This document shows, piece after piece, positions 28,657-38,203 of a stretch of 64,000 nt of DNA (the stretch's first letter is position 1; every line of letters begins with the position of its first letter). This DNA is from Methanobacteriota archaeon (lineage in GTDB: Archaea > Halobacteriota > Bog-38 > Methanoflorentales > Methanoflorentaceae). Under the pieces are notes generated by a model. The model had not been told where the DNA came from and made no database searches. It worked only from the letters and a program-made list of their open reading frames with translations. Position numbers and translations under genes: made by a program. The stretch lies in contig CAVRAO010000013.1 in NCBI GenBank assembly GCA_963719035.1, forward strand, positions 1 through 64,000, written 5' to 3'.

Positions 28657-28657
28657 C

Positions 28658-29593
28658 TTACACACCCGCCCATCCAAACAGGAAGTGCATGTACCGTACG
28701 CCTGCCACATAAAGGACAAGGTCGACAATCGCTAGCATTGTGGGAACGGCCCAGTAATACCTGAGCACCCGGGTGACCCGTGTCCTTCCGGTCGTCGCTT
28801 GCCAAAACGCAATGAACACACTCACAAGCAAAACGATAATCACGAACTGGATGACAAAATTGACTGCTGGCTGGAAGTGGAATATCGCCGTTCCAAAAAA
28901 CACCGCAGCTATGAGTGATGTATAGAGAAAAATCTTAAGCCACTGCCCAAGCTGTAAAAAGGCGAGATTTGGTCCTGAGTATTCGACATAGGGACCAGAA
29001 ACGATTTCAGTCTCAGCTTCAGCAATGTCAAACGGCTGAACCGCAGCCGCGGCAGGCAGCGTCCAGATCGCAGCAATTGTCGCCAACGGCAGGACGGTTA
29101 TCCACGCTGTTGCCGAAATAGTATCCAGCTGGAACGAGCCTGCTGCTATCGCTACAGCTGCCATGGCGACGATGAACGGAGTCTCATAGGCAATAAGGAG
29201 CGCAACCTCGCGCGCAGCGCCGATGGCTCCATACGGGCTTCCGCTTGCTGAACCGCCGAGGATCAGTGCAATCGGTGGTATCGCAAGGAGGTATATAACC
29301 ACGATAAGATCGCCTGCGCCGACAGCCGATGTAGTGGCAGCCAAAGGTATGATTAACGCCGCAATGAGCATTGAAGCGACGCTAAGGATCGGTGCGAGGT
29401 TGAACAGCAGCGGACTTGTCACGTTCGGCGTCAAACTCTCTTTACTCATCAGTTTGAAGAAGTCATAAAATGCTTGAAAGATGCTGGGGCCCCTCCGAAA
29501 CTGGCTATGCGCCACGATAATACGGCGAATCCCTTGCAGCAACAGCGCGGCAACAAAGGCATAGACGAGCGCGCCCACTATGGGGACAATCAT
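28658..29593 (-). CDS. Group-4 hydrogenase membrane subunit (NuoH/HycD/EchB-like)
   Basis: RRGP...YDFFKLMSKE, SPYGAIGAARE, PFDIAEAETEIVSGPYVEYSG. Confidence 0.92.
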   Translation of the reverse strand: MIVPIVGALVYAFVAALLLQGIRRIIVAHSQFRRGPSIFQAFYDFFKLMSKESLTPNVTSPLLFNLAPILSVASMLIAALIIPLAATTSAVGAGDLIVVIYLLAIPPIALILGGSASGSPYGAIGAAREVALLIAYETPFIVAMAAVAIAAGSFQLDTISATAWITVLPLATIAAIWTLPAAAAVQPFDIAEAETEIVSGPYVEYSGPNLAFLQLGQWLKIFLYTSLIAAVFFGTAIFHFQPAVNFVIQFVIIVLLVSVFIAFWQATTGRTRVTRVLRYYWAVPTMLAIVDLVLYVAGVRYMHFLFGWAGV

Positions 29594-30768
29594 TAAATCC
29601 TCCCTGCTTTCAAGTCCCGTCCGCTTACAACTTTTCGCTTTCCATCTTTTATCACGGTCATTCGATCGGTACAGCTGAAACAAGGATCGATTGAAGCAAC
29701 TATGATGGGGATGTCGGCTACTTGACAGCCGATTAACTTCGGAACATAGGAAGGGATATTTGCGAGCGTCGGGGACCTAATCTTTATTCGCTCAAAAAAA
29801 TTCGTACCGTTTGTCTCAACATAATGGATAAGCTCACCGCGTGGAGCCTCAACTCGGCCTACGCTCCTTCCTGGCGGAATCACGTCGTCGTCGTATTCGG
29901 CTTGGATTGGTCCATCCGGTAAATTAGCGAAAAGCTCCTTGGTAAGCCAAATAGATTGTTTAAGCTCTGCTAGGCGCACGAGAACCTGGGCAACGACGTC
30001 TCCGTCTTTTGCTGTCTGCGGCTCGAGATCGAAATCGCCGTATGCTGCGTACTTGCACATCACACGTGTATCCTCAGGCACGCCACTCGCGCGTGCGTTG
30101 GGCCCGACCGCCCCAAGTCGGATCGCATCCTCTTTGCTGAGGCTACCAACGCCCTTGCATCGTTCTGCGATGTTGCCGTCCTTTAGAATTGCCTTAGCGA
30201 TCTTATCGGCAGCAGTGTCGAGATAAGTGAGAGCACCCAAGGCGGATCTCGCTTGCTCTTCGGAGATATTCCACTTGACGCCGCCGATTCTGTTACATCC
30301 GTGCATGACCCTATTGCCGCTCAACGCTTCGAAAAGGTCCATAACTTTCTCTCGTTCGCGCCAGGTGTACATAAAGAGAGTGTGATACCCGATCTCTTCA
30401 CCGGCAATTCCCGCCCATAGCATGTGCGAGTGAATTCGTTCGAGCTCTGCATAAATTGTCCGGATGTACTTAGCTCGCTCGGGTACCTCGATGTTCGCTA
30501 TGTCCTCAACTCGTTCAACGTGGTTTAGCGGGTGCGCGTGTGAACAGATGCCGCAGATGCGCTCAACAAGATAGACGATCTTGGAAAAAGGCCTTTCTTG
30601 GCAGAGCCGTTCGATGCTTCGGTGGTTGAATCCGATTTCGTAGTCAACGTCGACGACCTTCTCGCCCTCGACTTCACACAGAAACCTCGCAGGCTCCTCC
30701 AAAGCGATATGACTTGGCCCGATTGGAACCTTTAAGTGTGCAAAGCGGCGTTCATTGACGTCTGCCAT
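29593..30768 (-). CDS. Group-4 [NiFe]-hydrogenase large subunit (HycE/EchE/MbhL-like)
   Basis: L1 RICGICS and L2 DPCFSCTDR with all four Ni-binding Cys; EAPRGE; C-terminal extension after R. Confidence 0.95.
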   Translation of the reverse strand: MADVNERRFAHLKVPIGPSHIALEEPARFLCEVEGEKVVDVDYEIGFNHRSIERLCQERPFSKIVYLVERICGICSHAHPLNHVERVEDIANIEVPERAKYIRTIYAELERIHSHMLWAGIAGEEIGYHTLFMYTWREREKVMDLFEALSGNRVMHGCNRIGGVKWNISEEQARSALGALTYLDTAADKIAKAILKDGNIAERCKGVGSLSKEDAIRLGAVGPNARASGVPEDTRVMCKYAAYGDFDLEPQTAKDGDVVAQVLVRLAELKQSIWLTKELFANLPDGPIQAEYDDDVIPPGRSVGRVEAPRGELIHYVETNGTNFFERIKIRSPTLANIPSYVPKLIGCQVADIPIIVASIDPCFSCTDRMTVIKDGKRKVVSGRDLKAGRI

Positions 30769-30770
30769 TG

Positions 30771-31169
30771 TTACACTCTCCTCAGCGGGGGGGTTGGATC
30801 AGTATATTTCGGAGGAAGCTCGAGCGGCCTTGGATCTGGAATCCCAAGCACGTTGATGCCAAGCAAACCGATGAGCTCTCGTTCGTAAAGCAACGCGGCG
30901 ATAAAGTGGTCGGTTATCGTCGGAACATCCGGCTTTTCATAGGGGAGCTCTACAATAACGGTATGCAGCTCACCCCAAATCGCAAAGTGGTATAGCACTT
31001 CGAGGTGATCCCGGGCATCCTTGCCTGTAATAGTGCTAAGCCGCGCCCCTTCCTCCGTAAGAAATGAGAGTGCGGCATCGAGATTATCGAGTGTGATGCG
31101 GTAGTACGAGTTCAAACCCTTATGATTTGCTTGAATTGTCGGCACAGAGTCTTCAAACGATCGCTTCAT
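30771..31169 (-). CDS. Group-4 hydrogenase NuoC-like subunit (EchD/MbhK-like)
   Basis: RLSTITG.D, EVLYHF, AALLYERE...LLGI. Confidence 0.88.
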   Translation of the reverse strand: MKRSFEDSVPTIQANHKGLNSYYRITLDNLDAALSFLTEEGARLSTITGKDARDHLEVLYHFAIWGELHTVIVELPYEKPDVPTITDHFIAALLYERELIGLLGINVLGIPDPRPLELPPKYTDPTPPLRRV

Positions 31170-31684
31170 TTTTCCGCCTCGGTTACGTTGTCCGACGACT
31201 GAAACTTCAGCTCCATATCCGTCTCCTTTGCCATCGCTTCGTCAAATCGCTCCGTTGATCGACCTCCCGCACCTTTTCGCTTAGAATCGAGCATTTTTGC
31301 AGCTTTGAGAATGCCTGACACGATGTTGAGCGGTCTCGGAGGGCATCCCATAACGTAGACGTCGACAGGGAGGACCGTGTCTAACGGCCCGGTCAACGAA
31401 TATCCGCCGTCAAAAATGCCATTTGACGTAGGGCAACTGCCCACTGCAACGACGGCTTTTGGATGGGGAATCTGGTCATAGATCATCGTTAATCGATCAG
31501 TCATGCGCTTGGTGATTGGGCCTGTTACCACTAGTACGTCTGCGTGCCGTGGAGACCCTACGCGAAGAACGCCAAAGCGTTCCGCGCTATAACGCGGACT
31601 TTGAATCGCAAGCACCTCGATATCGCATCCGTTGCACGACCCTGTGTTTATGAAGTAGACCCACGGTGATCTTGCTCGAAACAT
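31166..31684 (-). CDS. Group-4 hydrogenase small subunit (NuoB/HycG/EchC-like)
   Basis: GSCNGCDIE, SPRHAD, GSCP, GCPPRP. Confidence 0.94.
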   Translation of the reverse strand: MFRARSPWVYFINTGSCNGCDIEVLAIQSPRYSAERFGVLRVGSPRHADVLVVTGPITKRMTDRLTMIYDQIPHPKAVVAVGSCPTSNGIFDGGYSLTGPLDTVLPVDVYVMGCPPRPLNIVSGILKAAKMLDSKRKGAGGRSTERFDEAMAKETDMELKFQSSDNVTEAEK

Positions 31685-31686
31685 GG

Positions 31687-33093
31687 TTATCCACCTAAAA
31701 TCGCGATTGATAGGTTGTTGACTTGTTCTATGATAGCTGTCGGAAATATGCCCATCAGCACGCAAAGGACGCTTAGAATTATTATAGGGATTATTATATA
31801 AATAGATAGAAAGGAAACTTCCGGCGCTTCTCTGCTTTCATCTCCCGCAAGGAACGTTCGCTGAAACACTTTGATGTAGGCAGCGAACATTGGCAACGTC
31901 AGCATGAGTAACAATACAGACAAGGCGGGATAATACCCCCCTTTCTGGAAGCCTGCTTGGAGAATCATGTATTCGCTGATAAAGCCATTGAGTGGGGGAA
32001 TCCCCGAAAGGGCCAACGCGCCTACTAGAAATCCCGCTGCCACGATGGGCATCTTAGTTGCTAAGCCGCCGAGACTTTCGATATCCCTCGTTTTAGTAGC
32101 AGCGATGATGGCACCCACACAGAGGAACAAGAGCGTTTTCATGACCATGTTGTTGACAATTTGAAAAATCCCCCCTGCCAGTGCCGCCGATGACCCTATG
32201 CCGATAGCAAACAGAATGATTCCAGCTTGTTCGATCGACGAATAGGCTAAGAAACGCTTCAAGTCCTTCTGTGTGTACGCCATTATGGCCCCGACGCCTA
32301 CAGTGAGCAAGGCAGTGACTGAGATGAACAAAAGCACGACGTCAAGGGCCGGATGCATCGCAAACAAGAGTCGAATGAGGATAAAAGCGCTGGCGCCTTT
32401 TACGGTGCCTGCCAAAAAAGCGCTCACAGGAATTGGGGCTTCACTGTAAGTGTCGGGAACCCACGAATGCATTGGAACGACGCCGATTTTCGTGCCCAAG
32501 CCTATCAGCAAAAAGAGGCTTATTAAAAGAATCGTATTGCTTGGGATGCTACCGAAGCTCGCGATGTCGCTCGTGCCGTAGCTGACGAACATGAGAATGA
32601 GCGCAATAAGCGTAAATGAGCTTCCAACACTGTTTAAAACAATAAACTTCGTTGCCGCCTCAAAGGCATGTCCCCTTCGATACGTCACAAGGATTGCGGT
32701 AGAGAGCGTGCTGATCTCAAGAAGAGCGTAGAGCGTTATAAGGTTCGTGCTAATGACAGCGGTGGCTGTCGTGCCAATGATGACTAATAGGAGAGGATAG
32801 TAGATACGCCCCGCGTTTTTGATGTAAGCGAGACTGAACCACGTGATGATCGTTCCGATGATGATCACGGGGTACGCAACGATGAGCCACAACGATGAGA
32901 GCCCGGCTGCGGCAGCTGCTGAGTCAAGGTACGTCGTCGTGCTCGTGTTGATGTACCAATCTGCCGTGAATAGAGCAGCGCTGATGGTCATCCCAGCGAC
33001 TGCGACGTAGGCGCATATCTTCGATTTCCGGCTTAAAAATGCGCATAAAACTGCAACGACCAGCGGAATGATCAGTGTGTATGTGATATACAT
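31687..33093 (-). CDS. Mrp-antiporter-like proton-translocating subunit (HyfF/NuoN-like)
   Basis: FEAATKF, KIGVVPMHSWVPD, KRFLAYSSIEQ, GIPPLNGFISE. Confidence 0.92.
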   Translation of the reverse strand: MYITYTLIIPLVVAVLCAFLSRKSKICAYVAVAGMTISAALFTADWYINTSTTTYLDSAAAAAGLSSLWLIVAYPVIIIGTIITWFSLAYIKNAGRIYYPLLLVIIGTTATAVISTNLITLYALLEISTLSTAILVTYRRGHAFEAATKFIVLNSVGSSFTLIALILMFVSYGTSDIASFGSIPSNTILLISLFLLIGLGTKIGVVPMHSWVPDTYSEAPIPVSAFLAGTVKGASAFILIRLLFAMHPALDVVLLFISVTALLTVGVGAIMAYTQKDLKRFLAYSSIEQAGIILFAIGIGSSAALAGGIFQIVNNMVMKTLLFLCVGAIIAATKTRDIESLGGLATKMPIVAAGFLVGALALSGIPPLNGFISEYMILQAGFQKGGYYPALSVLLLMLTLPMFAAYIKVFQRTFLAGDESREAPEVSFLSIYIIIPIIILSVLCVLMGIFPTAIIEQVNNLSIAILGG

Positions 33094-33105
33094 TATAATC
33101 CTTCA

Positions 33106-33705
33106 CTATCCACGCAGTTTTATCAGTTTGCTGCTGTCGATGGTGTCATATTCGGCAAAATCAATCACCGCTATTAAGGCTATGGTGAGCGTGATGAGCA
33201 CTGCGAATATCTCTGTGAATAAGGCAAACAGCGCAGTGCCCGCCCCCCAAGCCAGCAAGAGCGTACCGATGTTCTCAAGAATCAAAATTCCAAGCAAAAG
33301 CTTCAGAACACTTCTTTGACTACTAATAATTAAGAAAGCGACGCCAAACAGCACGAACAGTACATAAGTTTCAGCGGTTCGCTCAATGGGAAATTGAGAT
33401 TGCACCAGAAAAGCCGCTAGGCAAGAAAGCGCGATAGCCAGAAACGTTCCTACTGTTAGCGTAGGCACGCTAAATCGGGGTGTAGGCTCTCTTGTCCGAG
33501 CGGCGGCGAGCAGGATGATGAGAGGCGGTACGACGCCAAGCGCAGCTTTTAGGCCTGCCCCTACCAAATCGTTCTCAGTAAGCAAGAATGCGGCGATGGT
33601 GGCGTTTAAAGCAAGAAGTGCGAGCGCTGCCCATTTATCGCGCAAAAAAACGATTACACTGGCGAATATCACCCAAAAAATGCCAAACGCGAGGACTGTT
33701 TCCAT
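33106..33705 (-). CDS. HyfE-like membrane subunit
   Basis: Hydrophobic ORF with LLGILILENIG and C-terminal LIKLRG; operon position. Confidence 0.75.
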   Translation of the reverse strand: METVLAFGIFWVIFASVIVFLRDKWAALALLALNATIAAFLLTENDLVGAGLKAALGVVPPLIILLAAARTREPTPRFSVPTLTVGTFLAIALSCLAAFLVQSQFPIERTAETYVLFVLFGVAFLIISSQRSVLKLLLGILILENIGTLLLAWGAGTALFALFTEIFAVLITLTIALIAVIDFAEYDTIDSSKLIKLRG

Positions 33706-35586
33706 TACGGCCTCCCAAATATCAGAAAAACAGCTCCGGCGAGGATCAACCACATGAATATCCACGTGGCATAGCTGACTGCGCTTCCGTTCTGAATGTG
33801 GCGTAACCGTATCGATAGCGAATCCAACCCACGTCCAATTGCAGCGTAGACATAGTCTGGGTTAATCCATCGTAGTCGTTCGAACGGTTGTGTCACTTGA
33901 TATAGAAAATGCCGTCCTGAAGAATACACAAATCCTTCGGGCAGCTCGTACCCCGCGCCGAAAAGTTGTTTGGACGCAGGAACAACTTCACGCGGTCTTC
34001 GCGTTAGAAACTCGTTCAGAATCAGACCAGCAAGTATCGCAGTCAGAAGCAACACAGCTGCTAGGGTAGGTGCGAAACTCGACACGCCGGGTATTTCAAT
34101 ACTGGTAAGAATGAAGGTTGACTGAGTCGTAACGGTGCCGGCGTATGGGACGTCTGTGATGATCGCGAGAGGGTACTGTGCGAAAACTCCTAATGCGATA
34201 CATCCCACCGCGAGTATCGCTTGTGGCACCCACATAGTAGCTGGCGCTTCGTGCGCGCTGTTCAAGTCGGCGGGTAGTTGGCCGTAGAATACGCTATGAG
34301 TTGCGCGCAAGATATAGCCAGCGGAGAGCACGCTTCCTAGGAGCACGACTATCACAAATACTTGTAAACCAGTTGTCGTTGGCGCTATACTGCTTGAATA
34401 AATAAGCCATTTGCTCACAAAACCCACAGTAGGCGGCATACCCGCAAGCGTTACCGCGGCAACGGTGAACGAAGCAGCGGTGTAAGGCATTTTCCTCGAC
34501 AATCCACCAAGCTTGTTGAGGTCCATGGTATGCGCTGTGTGATCGACAGCCCCCGCGCCAAGAAACAGGCAAGCCTTAAAGAAGGCGTGCGCTAAGAAGT
34601 GCATCAGTCCCGCGACGAGTCCTATTGGTCCGAAGCTGAATGCAAGGAACATAAAACCGAGGTTCGAAATCGGTACTGTACGCGAGGACCTCTTTAAGAT
34701 CGTTAGCGCGAATGGCAAATGCAGAAGCTAAGACTAACGTGAATCCGCCGACAATTGCGAGCACCCACGGCCACACACCCGTAAACAAGGGGAAGAGCCG
34801 AGCAGCAAAGTATACGCCGGCAGGCACCATTGCTGCGCTATGCAGCAACGCAGAGACGGGTGCGGGTCCTTGCATTGCGCTGGGCAACCAAGAGAAGAAC
34901 GGCATTTGTGCAGATTTGGCGAAGATGCCTATAAAAGCAAGAATGAGCAAGGTATTCATCTGCCAGCTGGGCAGCGTTGATGTCAAAAACGTGTTAATAT
35001 CCACGCTGCCAGTCCACGCATAGGCACCAACGGCGAATAGTAACAGCGCCTCTCCAGGCATGTGTGTAAAGAAGAAGACTTTTTTTGCGGCTTGGGTCCT
35101 TACAGGATCGGCATACCAGAAACCGACCAACAGATATGAGCAAATGCCTACGATCTCCCAGCCGATGTAAAAAACGATAAAATTAGCGGCGTTGACGAGA
35201 ATCAGCATTCCTCCGATAAAAAAGAGCATCAGGAAATAGTACCGACCCCTTCCAGTCTCTCCCTCCATATAGCTGTTCGAATACCACACGATGACGCACC
35301 CTGTGAGTGTCACCACGAGTGAGAAAAGCAGACTAAGCGCGTCAAACCTAAATGAGAAGAGCTGTACGCCGCTAGTGAGCACGTTTGGCACGGATGCGGT
35401 AATGATTCCCGTATACGAAATGGCTAGGGCTGCGGCAAAAAAGAGGGTCGCAAGCGCAATTGTAGATGACACATAGTCTACTGCTTTTCCGCGTGTGAAG
35501 CTCCCGAGAATTAAGGGGATTAGTGAAAGCAGCGTCGGAGTAAATATCATGGCAAGCAGTAGGTAAGACGCGAAATTGCCATCCAT
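33705..35586 (-). CDS. NuoL/HyfB-like antiporter subunit (frameshift at ~34671)
   Basis: GWEIVGICSYLLVGFW, AKSAQMPF.SWLP.AM; AYST|ISNLG is joined by removing one base; HAFFKACLFL. Confidence 0.88.
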
Positions 35587-35724
35587 AATAAGACCCCGTT
35601 TGAGGTATAGAGGTGATAGTTGCTTATTAAATTGACGCTTTTGGCCAATTGATGTCAAATTGTTCTTAAAAACAGCTAAAATTTGATTACGGTCAATGCG
35701 TCCGTTAATGCACAAGGGGCCGGC

Positions 35725-35749
35725 TGTTACTATGTCGAAAATAGTAATA
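35725..35749. promoter_or_regulatory. Inverted repeat, putative operator upstream of the hydrogenase operon
   Basis: TTACTAT-N7-ATAGTAA perfect inverted repeat within TGTTA-N15-TAATA. Confidence 0.4.
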
Positions 35750-35888
35750 TCTATTTTTTGGGCTTTAAAATAAAATCGAAGCTATTTTTTTAATTATTTA
35801 ACATTAATATATAAATAATTGATGGAAACTTATAAGTAGCTGTTAGTTGTGGTATTTAGATACTGAACTACCAGACCGAGGTGTTTAG

Positions 35889-37313
35889 TTGAAACATGCA
35901 AAAAGATATGCCCTCAGAGCGCTTTTTTTATTGGCAGTGTCATCGGTTGTTGCAGCTTGGGTAATCGCACCTGCTGCGGCAGTATCATCTAGCTCTGGCG
36001 GCAGCAACGCGCAGCGTCTTAACGGCGCAAGCGCACCTCACACATATATTGATTTCAAGAGCAGCTGGGGAGCTGATACAGCTGCAAACCTCGCTAAGTA
36101 CGACGTCGTTGCCTTGCACTACACTGAGACAGCGCAGCACGTTCAGGCGATCAAAGCTATAAATCCTAACACAGTTGTTTTCGCGTACTTTAATCCACTC
36201 TTCGGCGGGTCGGAGGGAAAGCCACACCCTGAATGGTATCTAAGGGACGCGAAAGGCGTCACTCATTCAAGCGGTTATAATGAGCCTCTCATGGATTTGA
36301 CCAATGCAGGCTGGCGGGCTAAGTGTGTCGAGATCAGCCGGGGTGCCCTGCAAAAGGGCTTTGATGGCCTCGTCCTTGATAATGGCCTGATGTCCCCTAA
36401 CGTTGTCTGGCCAGGAAGCTGGTCTGGCTCAGACAGCCAGTGGCAGTCAAGCACGATCGCTCTTTACACAAGCATTAAACAGGCAGGTGGCAGCAAGACG
36501 GTAATCTACAACGGTGCCTACTTCATTCCTGGGTACGTCGACGCTCTCGACGGGTGGATGGATGAGGGGTTCCCGTTCTACAAAGGGTGGGATAACTCAA
36601 TCGGTTTTGCTCTCGATGCGTCCACCAAGGGAAAGTTGACGCTTTTTTATGCACAGGGCGGTGCATCTGACCGGTACTTCTGCTATTGTTCAGCCCTGCT
36701 TACTGACGGCTACTTCTTCTACGCTCCAACTGGTACGCAATGGTTCAACGATTATGGCATCCAGCTAGGAACAGCGTTGGGTAAAGCTGTGAAGAATGCA
36801 GATGGCACGTGGCAACGGGAATACCAATATGGGACCGTCGTTGTCAATCCTAGCTCTAAAACAGCCCGCATTGACATGCACTCCGGGCAAAACGTGAAGC
36901 CAATAGCAACGCCTACGGTGAAGCCAACAGCAACACCAACGGCGAAGGCGGCTGTAAAACCGATAGTCAAGGCAACCGCAACGCCAACGGCGAAGGCGGC
37001 TGTAACTCCGATAGTCAAGGCAACAGCACCACCGGCAGTAAAGGCAATAGCAGCCATAAAAGCAACACCCACAGTAAAGGCAACAGCAACGCCAAAGATA
37101 GTAAAGGCAGCTGCTACGTCAAGCGTTTCTAACTCGAACCCTAGCCTATCTGAAGCGCTAGCGGACGCCTCCGTGCCTGGAATTTCGGTTCCATCAGCCC
37201 AAACCAACGGCGTTGCGAGCTTACCCGCACAACCAGTTCTAGAGTTTTCGTTACTTGGGCTTGGAATACCGGCTCTGTTGGCTGGCGTGGTTTATCTGTT
37301 GATGAGGCGGTGA
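35889..37313 (+). CDS. Secreted putative glycoside hydrolase (TIM barrel, GH114/GHL15-like) with P/T/A/K linker and PEF-CTERM-like tail
   Basis: Signal peptide; HPEWYL, MDLTNAGWR, GFDGLVLDN, DGWMDE, WQREYQYGTVVVNP; tail PVLEF + TM + RR. Confidence 0.75.
   Translation: MKHAKRYALRALFLLAVSSVVAAWVIAPAAAVSSSSGGSNAQRLNGASAPHTYIDFKSSWGADTAANLAKYDVVALHYTETAQHVQAIKAINPNTVVFAYFNPLFGGSEGKPHPEWYLRDAKGVTHSSGYNEPLMDLTNAGWRAKCVEISRGALQKGFDGLVLDNGLMSPNVVWPGSWSGSDSQWQSSTIALYTSIKQAGGSKTVIYNGAYFIPGYVDALDGWMDEGFPFYKGWDNSIGFALDASTKGKLTLFYAQGGASDRYFCYCSALLTDGYFFYAPTGTQWFNDYGIQLGTALGKAVKNADGTWQREYQYGTVVVNPSSKTARIDMHSGQNVKPIATPTVKPTATPTAKAAVKPIVKATATPTAKAAVTPIVKATAPPAVKAIAAIKATPTVKATATPKIVKAAATSSVSNSNPSLSEALADASVPGISVPSAQTNGVASLPAQPVLEFSLLGLGIPALLAGVVYLLMRR
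36892..37110 (+). repeat. Low-complexity coding repeat (ATPTAKAAVKPIVK)
   Basis: Near-identical ~48-nt units CCAACGGCGAAGGCGGCTGTA...CCGATAGTCAAGGCAAC. Confidence 0.8.
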
Positions 37314-37350
37314 GAGATCTCCAGACAGATCTCCCTCTTTTCTTATTTTT
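37314..37350 (+). terminator. Hairpin + U-rich terminator
   Basis: GAGATCT-N6-AGATCTC immediately after the stop, followed by T-rich tracts. Confidence 0.55.
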
Positions 37351-37517
37351 CTCCAATAGACTAGTTGAACTCGTCGAATAACGACGTTAGATCTTTAAAG
37401 AAGCTTTACTGCGTATTTAGCAAAACGCAACGCTTGTGAGCGGCACAGCAAACCTGAGCGCAAACAAGGACAAAAGCTTATAGTGTTCTTTGCCAATCTG
37501 TAGAACTAGGTTTTCAA

Positions 37518-38186
37518 ATGCGCATCGCTTTGCTTGGTGGCACAGGAAACATAGGAGAAGGACTCGCGCTCCGTTGGGCCCCCAAACATGACGTTATGAT
37601 AGGGTCAAGAAGTGCCGAAAAGGCCGAGGAAGCGGCAGCGTTTTGTGAAGAGTTATTGCTAGAAGAGGGTACAACGTGCGAGTTGTCTGGTGAAGAAAAC
37701 GTCCGGGCGATAGCAGACTGCGAGGTGGTAGTGCTTGCGCTTCAGTACCAGTATGCGATGCCAACAGCAGTCGCCATTAAGGAAAAGCTCGACCCAAAAG
37801 CGATAGTAGTGTCGCCCGTCGTTCCTATGACTAAGGATGGTTTCTTGCGTTATGAGCCGTCCAAGACGTTTGGAAGCGCTGCAATGGAGATACAAAGCAC
37901 CCTGTCAGATAACGAGGTCGTTTCGGCGTTTCACACAACGCCTGCTGCGCGTTTGTTAGATCTCAAAGATAAGCTTGGTCTGGATGTCCTCGTTTGTGGC
38001 TCAGAAAAGCCGAAAAAAGTCGTTATGGAACTGATCAAGGATATAGCAGGGCTCACTCCTTTCGATGCCGGGCCGCTCGAGGCGTCGTACATGCTCGAGT
38101 CGATCACCCCTCTTCTGATAAACATATCGGCTCGAAATAGGATTAAGAACAGTTCAATTCGCATAATAGGGCAGCAAATCGATTGA
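37518..38186 (+). CDS. npdG: F420H2:NADP+ oxidoreductase
   Basis: GGTGNIGEGLALRW, IGSR...KA, SPVVP, SAFH, DAGPL...LESITPLLINI. Confidence 0.92.
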   Translation: MRIALLGGTGNIGEGLALRWAPKHDVMIGSRSAEKAEEAAAFCEELLLEEGTTCELSGEENVRAIADCEVVVLALQYQYAMPTAVAIKEKLDPKAIVVSPVVPMTKDGFLRYEPSKTFGSAAMEIQSTLSDNEVVSAFHTTPAARLLDLKDKLGLDVLVCGSEKPKKVVMELIKDIAGLTPFDAGPLEASYMLESITPLLINISARNRIKNSSIRIIGQQID

Positions 38187-38203
38187 TTCGACGTTAATGC
38201 GTT

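Noticed and set aside
35683-35696. FNR-like box TTGAT-N4-GTCAA upstream of the hydrogenase operon
   Set aside because: One mismatch, AT-rich context, and no evidence for an FNR-type regulator in this archaeon
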